From Candidatus Aminicenantes bacterium (GTDB lineage: Bacteria > Acidobacteriota > Aminicenantia > UBA2199): DNA of 64,000 nt. Shown in pieces: positions 9,252 through 17,544 of the stretch. The translations under genes were made by a program, and so were the position numbers. The stretch covers positions 1,202 to 65,201 of the forward strand of contig JAFGSF010000042.1 in the NCBI GenBank assembly GCA_016934745.1, in the 5' to 3' direction. The notes below the pieces were generated by a model. That model ran no database searches, had not been told where the DNA came from, and saw only the letters and a program-made list of their open reading frames with translations. Numbering within the stretch: the stretch's first letter is position 1; each line of letters starts with the position of its first letter.

Positions 9252-9656
9252 TTAATTGGCATGTTCGCGGGCGAGTATTTCCCTGATTTTAGCGGCAATA
9301 TTTTCCAGTGCGGTTCCGGGCGGGAACACTTCCTGAATTCCAAGTTTCTTCAATTCCGCTATATCTTCTCTGGGAATAATGCCGCCCAGGAACATCGGTG
9401 GCGGCGGAGTGTTTTTTTCCGAGAAAACAGTCACGATTTTCTTGCACAGCTGCATGTGAGCACCCGAAAGAATACTCAGGCCGATAATGGCCGCGTCTTC
9501 TTGAATTGCCGTATTGACAATGGTTTCAGGAGACTGGCGCAACCCGGTGTAAATGACTTCCATCCCGGCATCACGGAGGTATTTGGCCACGATTTTTGCG
9601 CCGCGATCGTGGCCATCCAAGCCAGGTTTGGCGATTAATACTTTTACTCTGTGCAT
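9252..9656 (-). CDS. cobalamin-binding domain protein (methylmalonyl-CoA mutase C-terminal/small-subunit type)
   Basis: KVLIAKPGLDGHDRGAKIVA (DxHxxG B12-binding motif). 134 aa, stand-alone. Confidence 0.85.
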   Translation of the reverse strand: MHRVKVLIAKPGLDGHDRGAKIVAKYLRDAGMEVIYTGLRQSPETIVNTAIQEDAAIIGLSILSGAHMQLCKKIVTVFSEKNTPPPPMFLGGIIPREDIAELKKLGIQEVFPPGTALENIAAKIREILAREHAN

Positions 9657-9761
9657 GGGGATATTCTAGATAAAAATATTAAAAAGTCAACCTTTGACTT
9701 GACATTGTAATTGAAAAAGTGATAAAGAATAGCTATAAGAGGAAAAAGTGTAGGAGGCTTC

Positions 9762-11129
9762 ATGATGAGAAAAAAAGTGATAGCTCTCGCTGATAATAGT
9801 TATACAATACGCCGGATCGTCGAATTATCTTTTTCCGAAATTGAAAATGTCGAAGTCCATAGTTTTGAAAATGGGTCTGGGTTGAAGGAGAAATTATTGG
9901 CCCTGGCTCCGGACGTAGTCATTACTGATATAAAATTACCGGAAATCAGCGGCTATGATGTCTGCCGCTTCATCAATGAAACTCCGAAGCTGAAGCACAG
10001 CCACGTTTTTTTAATGAAGGGCAGTTTTGAAGCGGTAGACAATGAAATGATAAAAGACTTGAAATATGACGATATCGTCACCAAGCCTTTTGATTCCAAT
10101 GCCTTGGTCAACGCGGTCATGAAAAAACTCGATCAGGAAGAACAAAAAATCTCCACTGAATTTGCCGATGATGAGCCCAGCTCATTTCCGGAAGATTTAA
10201 TTGAAATCGAAACAGATGCCCCGGGGACTGAGGGCATTAGTTTTTCTGATTTGCGCCTCGATTTGGGAGCGCCGGTGCCCACAGGCGGAGCTAGCCCGCA
10301 AAACCCGGTTCTGGAAAAGGATGAGATCTTGCCTTCGGAAGAAATTACCCAGGGAACGCAACCCCTCAAGGATGCCCTGCAGGAACCGGATAGTGAGGAA
10401 GCCATTCAAAATCCCTTTAGCGAAGAGCCTATTGCCGAGGATCTGAAGCTTGCTCAAAACGAAATAATCCCGGCTGCTGCCCCAAACCAGAAAAATGGAT
10501 CTGCCGCCCAAACTCCGGTTGCGGAAAATATGACGACGGATATCTCTGATGAATTTCACGAACGTTTTCAGGAAGTGGGCAATGCGGACACTTCAGAAGC
10601 CATGATGAAATTTTCATTGGAAGCGACCCGGATGGTGGACCGGCGCGATGCGAAATTCAGCTTGGATCAGGATGATCAATCTTCCCCTGCTCCGAAAAAT
10701 AAAATCGGTGATGTGTTCAATGATGTCGCAGCCGATGCTCCCGTCAAGACCATGTTTTCGGAAAAAGACGAGATGTTTGATTTTAATGCGGCCAAACCGG
10801 TTCAAAATGAGGACAACGGTCTTGCCGAGAAGACGGAAAAGCTTATTGACCCGGAATTATTTATCCAAAAAGTACGCCCAGAAACGGTATCGCCGGAAGC
10901 AGAACTGGAAAAACTGTCCCAATCACCGCACCAGGAAACCATTAACCAGCCGCAAGTAGAAGGCAAGTTATCGTTACAGGAAAAAATGGATTTATCGGGA
11001 AAATTGGAAGATAAGCTGACGTTGACCATTAAAGAGTTAATCTGGGAGATCGTTCCTTCTTTGGCTGAAAAAATCATAAAAGAAGAAATCGATAAAATCA
11101 AAGCTGAAGCCGACAACACCGGTTTTTAA
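9762..11129 (+). CDS. response regulator: receiver domain plus a long acidic/proline-rich region and a short conserved-looking C-terminal helix
   Basis: The receiver (REC) domain has phospho-acceptor context VVITDIKLPEISG. A strong AGGAGG RBS precedes it. Residues from about 130 to 400 are low-complexity D/E/P/Q-rich. The C-terminus reads LTIKELIWEIVPSLAEKIIKEEIDKIKAE. Confidence 0.75.
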   Translation: MMRKKVIALADNSYTIRRIVELSFSEIENVEVHSFENGSGLKEKLLALAPDVVITDIKLPEISGYDVCRFINETPKLKHSHVFLMKGSFEAVDNEMIKDLKYDDIVTKPFDSNALVNAVMKKLDQEEQKISTEFADDEPSSFPEDLIEIETDAPGTEGISFSDLRLDLGAPVPTGGASPQNPVLEKDEILPSEEITQGTQPLKDALQEPDSEEAIQNPFSEEPIAEDLKLAQNEIIPAAAPNQKNGSAAQTPVAENMTTDISDEFHERFQEVGNADTSEAMMKFSLEATRMVDRRDAKFSLDQDDQSSPAPKNKIGDVFNDVAADAPVKTMFSEKDEMFDFNAAKPVQNEDNGLAEKTEKLIDPELFIQKVRPETVSPEAELEKLSQSPHQETINQPQVEGKLSLQEKMDLSGKLEDKLTLTIKELIWEIVPSLAEKIIKEEIDKIKAEADNTGF

Positions 11130-11147
11130 TCTTTTTGGAGTTTTAAA

Positions 11148-13778
11148 GTGACAGAAAAAAACATGGAAAAAGCATATGACCATTTACAGACCGAAAGTGA
11201 CTGGTACCGGAAATGGGAAACCAGCGGCTTGTTCACTCCCGACAGTCAATGCAGCGCAATACCTTTTTCTGTGATTCTGCCTCCGCCCAATGTGACCGGA
11301 TCACTGCACATCGGCCATGCCTTGACGCTTTCACTGCCGGATATCATCGTCCGCCGGAAAAAGATGCAGGGTTTTAATGTGCTGTGGCTTCCGGGAGTCG
11401 ATCATGCCGGGATCGCCACCCAGATGATGGTGGAAAAAAATCTGATCAGGGAAAGGCATTTAAACAAAGAGGATCTGGGCCGGGAAAAATTTCTGGAACT
11501 GGTTTGGGAGTGGAAGGATATATCTGAAAAAAAAATCGTTGCCCAGATCAAGAAACTCGGCTTGGCGTTGGATTGGAGCCGGATGAAATTTACCCTGAGC
11601 GATGAGATGCAGCGCGTGGTGCGCAGGGTTTTTGTTCGGCTTTACCGGGAAGAAAAAATTTACCAGGGAACTTACATGGTTAACCGCTGCCCCAGTTGCA
11701 AGACGGTACTTTCCGATCTGGAAGTGGAGCATAAGGAAGTTAACGGCCGATTGACCTACATCCGCTATCCACTGCGAAAAAATCCGAAAAAATGGATTGT
11801 CGTGGCCACGACCCGCCCGGAAACCATGTTGGGGGATGTAGCGGTCGCGGTGAATCCCAATGATTCCCGTTACCAGAAAATGATCGGACAGGAAGTGCTT
11901 CTGCCTTTGACCGGGCGGAACATACCTGTCGTGGCCGATGAAGAAGTGGACAAGCAATTCGGCACCGGGGCGGTTAAGGTTACCCCGGCACATGATCCGG
12001 CCGATTTCAAGATCGCCATGAGGCATCATCTGGAAAAGATAGTGGTCATTGATGAGTTAGCCCGCATGTCCGGTCCCATCCCGGAAAAATATATCGGCTT
12101 GGATCGTTTCGCTTGCAGGCACGAGGTGCTGAACGATTTGCGCATTTTGGGTCTGATCGAAAAAGAAGAAGAATACACTCACAATATAGGCCATTGCCAG
12201 CGTTGTGAAACGGTGGTCGAGCCTAATATTTCCCGGCAATGGTTCTTAAAAACCGCCGATCTGGCCCGACCGGCCATTCGGGCAGTCATGGAAAACCAGA
12301 TTGTTTTTATCCCAGACAAATGGAAAAAAGTGTATTTCAACTGGATGGAAAATATCCAGGACTGGTGCATCTCAAGGCAGTTGTGGTGGGGACACCGTAT
12401 CCCGGCGTACTATTGCCAGGATTGCCAAGAGGTCATCGTGGCCGAGGAGACTCCCGTTCAATGCCCCACCTGCTCCGGCTCCCGGCTGATTCAGGACGAA
12501 GATGTACTGGATACCTGGTTTTCTTCAGCGCTGTGGCCTTTCACGACTCTGGGCTGGCAGGATGACAGTGCCGATTTCAAGACTTTTTACCCGACTTCGA
12601 TCATGGCGACTGCTTTTGACATCATTTTTTTCTGGGTGGCGCGTATGATTATGATGGGGATCCACTTCGGCGGAGCGGTACCTTTCCGCGAAGTGCTGAT
12701 TAATGGCTTGATTCGCGACGAAAAAGGCCAGAAGATGAGTAAAACTAAAAATAACGCCGTTGATCCCCTGGATATCATTCAGGAATACGGTACCGATGCC
12801 TTGCGTTTTACGCTGGCGATCCAGGCGGCGCCAGGCATGGATATCGCGCTTTCCATCAATCGCATCAAGGGTTACAGGGCCTTTGCTAACAAGATCTGGA
12901 ACGCCTCCCGCTATGTCATCATGAATTTGCAGGGCGATGAAGACATGGAAATCGACGTGCAAAAAATCAGCGATGCCGATAAATGGATCCTGCAAATGCT
13001 GAATGTCACGGTTGAAAAAGTGAATATGTTCTTTGATGAATATCATGTTTATGAAGCGGCGGACCTTATTTATCATTTCATTTGGGATGAATATTGCGAC
13101 TGGTACCTGGAATTTTCAAAAAGCGATTTGGATAGTCCCCATACTCGATCCGTCCTCAAGCTGACTCTGTTCAGAATTCTGCAACTGCTGCATCCGTTCA
13201 TGCCCTTCATCAGCGAAGAAATTTACCAAAAAATCAAAACTGAAAAAGAGTTCCTGTTGCAGACCGAATTTCCCGCTTTTAATAAAAACTTTGTCTTTCC
13301 CGAAATCTTTACCGCTGTTGAAACATTGAAGAAAGTCGTGAATGAAACCAGGAAGACAAGAACGGAAAACCGCATTGAACCGAATAAAAAAATTCCAATC
13401 TACCTCCAATGCGACTCGCCGGTGGAAAAAAAACAGATGCATGATCACATGAAATATTTCGATTTTCTCAGCCGCAGCCTGCAAACGGAGATCGTCGATG
13501 ATTTTTCAGGCCTGGCCAAGGGATTTCGGGGTGTCAGTCAGAATTGGCAGATCTTGCTGCCATTCACCAGTGATGAGGACCGGTTGCGTGAGTTGAAAAG
13601 GCTTCGTGGCGAACATGACAAACTGGGCAAGCTGATCAGCCAGATGGAAAGCAAATTGAGCAGCAGCGGATTTGCCGACAAGGCCCCGGCCGAAATCATC
13701 CAGAATTTCAAGAAAAATTTGCAGGAATACATTGAAAAAAAGGCCAAAATAGGGAAAACCATTGACGACCTGTCTTAA
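11148..13778 (+). CDS. valS: valine--tRNA ligase
   Basis: PPPNVTGSLHIGHAL (HIGH) and KMSKTKNN (KMSKS). C-terminal coiled coil. GTG start 11148 after GGAG; ATG 11163 is an alternative. Confidence 0.95.
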   Translation: MTEKNMEKAYDHLQTESDWYRKWETSGLFTPDSQCSAIPFSVILPPPNVTGSLHIGHALTLSLPDIIVRRKKMQGFNVLWLPGVDHAGIATQMMVEKNLIRERHLNKEDLGREKFLELVWEWKDISEKKIVAQIKKLGLALDWSRMKFTLSDEMQRVVRRVFVRLYREEKIYQGTYMVNRCPSCKTVLSDLEVEHKEVNGRLTYIRYPLRKNPKKWIVVATTRPETMLGDVAVAVNPNDSRYQKMIGQEVLLPLTGRNIPVVADEEVDKQFGTGAVKVTPAHDPADFKIAMRHHLEKIVVIDELARMSGPIPEKYIGLDRFACRHEVLNDLRILGLIEKEEEYTHNIGHCQRCETVVEPNISRQWFLKTADLARPAIRAVMENQIVFIPDKWKKVYFNWMENIQDWCISRQLWWGHRIPAYYCQDCQEVIVAEETPVQCPTCSGSRLIQDEDVLDTWFSSALWPFTTLGWQDDSADFKTFYPTSIMATAFDIIFFWVARMIMMGIHFGGAVPFREVLINGLIRDEKGQKMSKTKNNAVDPLDIIQEYGTDALRFTLAIQAAPGMDIALSINRIKGYRAFANKIWNASRYVIMNLQGDEDMEIDVQKISDADKWILQMLNVTVEKVNMFFDEYHVYEAADLIYHFIWDEYCDWYLEFSKSDLDSPHTRSVLKLTLFRILQLLHPFMPFISEEIYQKIKTEKEFLLQTEFPAFNKNFVFPEIFTAVETLKKVVNETRKTRTENRIEPNKKIPIYLQCDSPVEKKQMHDHMKYFDFLSRSLQTEIVDDFSGLAKGFRGVSQNWQILLPFTSDEDRLRELKRLRGEHDKLGKLISQMESKLSSSGFADKAPAEIIQNFKKNLQEYIEKKAKIGKTIDDLS

Positions 13779-14523
13779 GCCCTTTAACAAGATTCACCTG
13801 GTTGCTTGCGATTCAACCAACGATTATATCAGGCAAAATATCGCCCGGCTCGAAAGCGAATTTCCCCTGATGGTTAGCAGCGATGTCCAGATTGCCGGGC
13901 GCGGGAGGGAAAAGCGCGAGTGGGTTTCACCGCTTAACCTCGCTATTTACGCAACGTTTGGATTTCATCTTGCCAACAAGCGGGATTTGTCGCTCCTGTC
14001 AATCACGTGCGGGGTCGCGGTAAGCGACATGCTGCAAAACTGGACCGGGAAGGAATTCACCTTGAAATGGCCCAACGACATCCTGGCGGACGGAAAAAAA
14101 ATCGCCGGCATTCTCTGCGAAACCATTGTCAACGCCAATAAAATTATATGCCTGGCCGGCATCGGGGTGAATGTCAATCAAGACAACAAAGATTTCCCCG
14201 GCAGCTTGCGCAGCCGCGCCGGATCAGTGAAGCTGCTGACCGGGAAAACCTGGTTGCTGGCGGAAGGGCGCGCGCGCCTGGCCGCGAGTATGGCCTGCTG
14301 GCTGGGATATTTGATTGCTGATCGAGGGTCATTCATCATTGACCGCGCCCGGGTGCTCAGCCGATCTTTCCTGGGCCGGGCCATTTCTTTTCATCATCAG
14401 GGAAAACGCACCCGGGGGATTTTCTTGGATATTGCCGCGGACGGCGGCTTGCTGCTGGACCAGGAAGGTGCCGGGGGAAAAGTATTTTACAGTGGTGAAC
14501 TGGATCAAGCCGATTTTTCCTAA
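13762..14523 (+). CDS. birA: biotin--[acetyl-CoA-carboxylase] ligase (group I, no N-terminal HTH)
   Basis: GRGREKREWVSP and KWPNDILADGKKIAGIL motifs. TTG start overlaps the valS end; the exact start is uncertain. Confidence 0.85.
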   Translation: MTTCLKPFNKIHLVACDSTNDYIRQNIARLESEFPLMVSSDVQIAGRGREKREWVSPLNLAIYATFGFHLANKRDLSLLSITCGVAVSDMLQNWTGKEFTLKWPNDILADGKKIAGILCETIVNANKIICLAGIGVNVNQDNKDFPGSLRSRAGSVKLLTGKTWLLAEGRARLAASMACWLGYLIADRGSFIIDRARVLSRSFLGRAISFHHQGKRTRGIFLDIAADGGLLLDQEGAGGKVFYSGELDQADFS

Positions 14524-14668
14524 GTCTATCCAAAAAAATTACTTTTGCCAAATTCCCTAAAAAAGTCACAATCGTTTATTGCAATTTTAAACAAAGTTTT
14601 TTAAAATCACAGCAAGGAGAAAATCGGTTTTACTATGCCGTCAATCTGAATTAGTAAAACCAGGTCCA

Positions 14669-15700
14669 ATGAAAGTTACGCACATATATTTATCTGCGCC
14701 GCAAGTAAAATTTGCCGAATATTCTTTAAACAACCAGCAGGTATTAGACCGCATTGAGGATAATTTTAAAGGGGAAAAAAGGGAATTAAGAAGGATAAAA
14801 AGTGGAATTTCCATGGTTTTTAAATACTGTGGCACGAATATAAGATTTCTTGGAACTGCAGCGGGTAAAAAACCCCTTGATTATGCCATTGAAGTTTCAA
14901 AAGAGGTCTGTCACGAAAACGGACTGGATCCGTCGCTACTGGATTTGGTCATTTACGGGGGAATATTCAGAGATTATTTTGAACCGGCGACGGCGATGGA
15001 AATTACTGCGGGATTGGGAATAAAAAAAGCGCACGTGTTTGATGTAACCACGGCGTGTGCCGGATTATTGCAGTCTGTGAATGTCGCTGCTTCATTGATG
15101 ATGGCGGATCCTTCCATAAAAACAGCGCTTTGCTGTACGACGGATTTTCCCGATGAAGCGATCAGTTTTGATATTCAGAGTTTTGAAGAACTTTCATTGA
15201 AGGCCGCCGGCTTGACACTGGGAAGTGGAGCGGCGGCGTGGTTATTAACCAGAGAACCCGGGAAGGGGGGCAGTGCTCAATTGCGTGAAATCCAAAACAC
15301 TTCCATTGCGGCTGCCTTCCGGCTATGTCAGGTGCCGGTGAGTAAACGCAGGTTCATATCCCAGAGCAAGGAAGTGTTTGATCTGGGGCTGGAACATGTT
15401 CCGGGAGAAATTCGAAATATTGCAAAGAAAGTGAACTGGGAAATCGACGATATCGATTATTTTATTTCTCACCAACCCAGTGAAAGGATCATTCATCAGA
15501 TTTGCGATATTTTGGACATTCCGCATGAAAAAGCTCCGGTGACGCATCATTTATATGGAAATACCGTCAACGTCAGTGTACCCATGACCCTGGATTATTT
15601 ACTGAAAAACAAATACCTGAAAGATGGACATAAAATAATTTTGTCCAGCGCCGCTGCCGGTTTTACGATGATTACCATTGCCGCCGAGTGGGTCCAATGA
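14669..15700 (+). CDS. 3-oxoacyl-ACP synthase III (KASIII/FabH-like) family protein, divergent
   Basis: Cys-His-Asn triad contexts TTACAGLLQS, ISHQPSERII, YGNTVNVSVPM. Confidence 0.8.
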   Translation: MKVTHIYLSAPQVKFAEYSLNNQQVLDRIEDNFKGEKRELRRIKSGISMVFKYCGTNIRFLGTAAGKKPLDYAIEVSKEVCHENGLDPSLLDLVIYGGIFRDYFEPATAMEITAGLGIKKAHVFDVTTACAGLLQSVNVAASLMMADPSIKTALCCTTDFPDEAISFDIQSFEELSLKAAGLTLGSGAAAWLLTREPGKGGSAQLREIQNTSIAAAFRLCQVPVSKRRFISQSKEVFDLGLEHVPGEIRNIAKKVNWEIDDIDYFISHQPSERIIHQICDILDIPHEKAPVTHHLYGNTVNVSVPMTLDYLLKNKYLKDGHKIILSSAAAGFTMITIAAEWVQ

Positions 15701-15701
15701 T

Positions 15702-16793
15702 GTGAGTTCACAAGTTAAAACACTCCGGTTGTTGTTTTCAATTTTTGGATTTAAGATTAAGTATTTAATCATTCCTGTTTATAGATTTTTTTATAGGGCA
15801 TGTATTTCTTTGACTGAGTTCATGGACCATTTGTTTTTTTCGGGATATAAAAAAAGGAAACTGCACAAACCCCTTTTTTTAATCGGGCATCCTAGGAGCG
15901 GGACAACTTTTCTGCATAAGTTCATTTTAAAAAACACCAGCGAGTTTAAAGGGATGCTTCTTTGGGAAATGATTTTTCCCTCGATATTTCTTCGTCGCTG
16001 CGTCCGGCCTTTTTTACCTTTTTTGGCTAAAAAAATCCCTCAAGGCATATATGATTCTCGCATCCATGAAACCGGATTAGAAGAGCCGGAAACGGATGAT
16101 GTTGCCATGTTTTTCAGAAGTTTTGCAGGCATGTTTTATTGGCTCTATTTTTCTGCCTGGCATAAATATAATAATCCTGAAGAATTAAGCAAACATCTGA
16201 TTAAAGAGAGTGAACCAAACAAAGTTATTGGATATTTGGAAAATTTACATAAAAAGAATTTGCATAAAACGGAGATTAGGAAAAGGATTTTTTCAAAATC
16301 TTTTTCATTAATCATGGACATTTCGGGTGTATTAAAAAGATTTGAAAACGCCAGGATTATCGTATTGTTGAGGGATCCCATGGAGGTCATTCCTTCAAGT
16401 ATTTCATTGGCCGTGAATATCCAGAAGCAACTGAATGATTTTGACAATCTGGAGGAGAAAAAAAAGCAAAGGTACTATCAGAATATATACCAGGCTTCTT
16501 GGGTGTTTTTTAAATATTTTGACAGGCAAATGTCTGCGGACAAAAGTTTAAAGGACAATATTTTGATTGTCACACATAAGCAATTGAAGACACGATTTGA
16601 AGAAACCATGATTAAAATTTGTGATTATTGCGAAATAGAAAAGTCGCCCGAATTCATGCAAAAAATCAAAATGCAGGCTGAAAAGCAACCCGATTTTAAA
16701 AGTAAACATCGCTATAGTCTTGAGACGTATGGCATCACAAAAGAAAAAGTATTAAATGATTTCGACTTCATCTATGCGCAATATGATTTATAG
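15702..16793 (+). CDS. sulfotransferase family protein
   Basis: PAPS-binding 5'-PSB loop LIGHPRSGTTFLHK. The candidate GTG start at 15702 lies directly after the KASIII stop (15698-15700); the start is uncertain (ATG at 15822 is also possible). The sequence is very AT-rich. Confidence 0.75.
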   Translation: MSSQVKTLRLLFSIFGFKIKYLIIPVYRFFYRACISLTEFMDHLFFSGYKKRKLHKPLFLIGHPRSGTTFLHKFILKNTSEFKGMLLWEMIFPSIFLRRCVRPFLPFLAKKIPQGIYDSRIHETGLEEPETDDVAMFFRSFAGMFYWLYFSAWHKYNNPEELSKHLIKESEPNKVIGYLENLHKKNLHKTEIRKRIFSKSFSLIMDISGVLKRFENARIIVLLRDPMEVIPSSISLAVNIQKQLNDFDNLEEKKKQRYYQNIYQASWVFFKYFDRQMSADKSLKDNILIVTHKQLKTRFEETMIKICDYCEIEKSPEFMQKIKMQAEKQPDFKSKHRYSLETYGITKEKVLNDFDFIYAQYDL

Positions 16794-16816
16794 GATATGG
16801 GATTGACAAAAATCCG

Positions 16817-17422
16817 TTGAGAGAAAGAAATAACACCAGATGCTGGATCGCCGGACTGGTTTTGCTTTCGTTTGCCTGGGTCGCCCTGGGGACGGCCGCG
16901 GACATGCCGCTGGGGGCTACGACCGGCAGGACGGATGGCAAGGCCGGTGCGGTACAAATGGATCCAGCGACCGACGGCGAAAACGGCGTCCTGGAAAAAT
17001 CGGCTGCCATGCCGACTATCAGCAAGAAGAAAAAATTTCCCTAGCTCCTGGCCGTGGTCGGAGTGGCCGTGGTCGGGGTTGCCGTGTATTATTTGTTCAT
17101 CCATGAGCCCACGCAGGTTCAGGATATCCGCGGCAAATGGCAGGTCGAGTTTCACCAGGGGAATTTTACCATGGTTGCTTTATTCTCCGGAACACTGAGC
17201 GCGGGGATGGTTTCGATTCTTGACGGATTCCTTGAAGGTGAGGCGGGGACGTATCAGGTCAGTGGAAACCAGGTCTCTTTCGACATCCCGACGAGATCGG
17301 CATACTACGTGTACAAGTATCAAGGCCACTTTGATACTCCGGACTCCCTTTCGGGCACATATTACGTTGAAACCGATTCTCCGGGTGCTCACAGCGATTT
17401 TACTGCCGTCCGTATTGAGTAG
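16817..17422 (+). pseudogene. member of the small membrane-anchored beta-rich protein family (paralog of 62064-64000), split by an in-frame TAG at 17042-17044
   Basis: Track ORFs 16817..17044 and 17054..17422 are in the same frame, separated only by TAG-CTC-CTG-GCC. The combined architecture (hydrophobic H1, acidic spacer, KKKKFP, TM helix, G.W...GTY.V.G..V...Y.G.F....SGTY domain) matches the three paralogs at the window end. Confidence 0.55.
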
Positions 17423-17544
17423 GAGCTGTGAGTTCCTCGATCCTTGATTGGCCGGCTTTTTTTATAAAAACAGCCACAGCTATCCGGTTTGATATTACAA
17501 AAAATATTTTATAATGGTAGCATTTTGTCGTCAGGAGGTTGTTC

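Noticed and set aside
17042-17044. The in-frame TAG as pyrrolysine or otherwise reassigned codon
   Set aside because: TAG terminates several well-supported genes in the window: the kinase at 4481-4483, the sulfotransferase at 16791-16793 and hutI at 51892-51894. No pyl genes are present.
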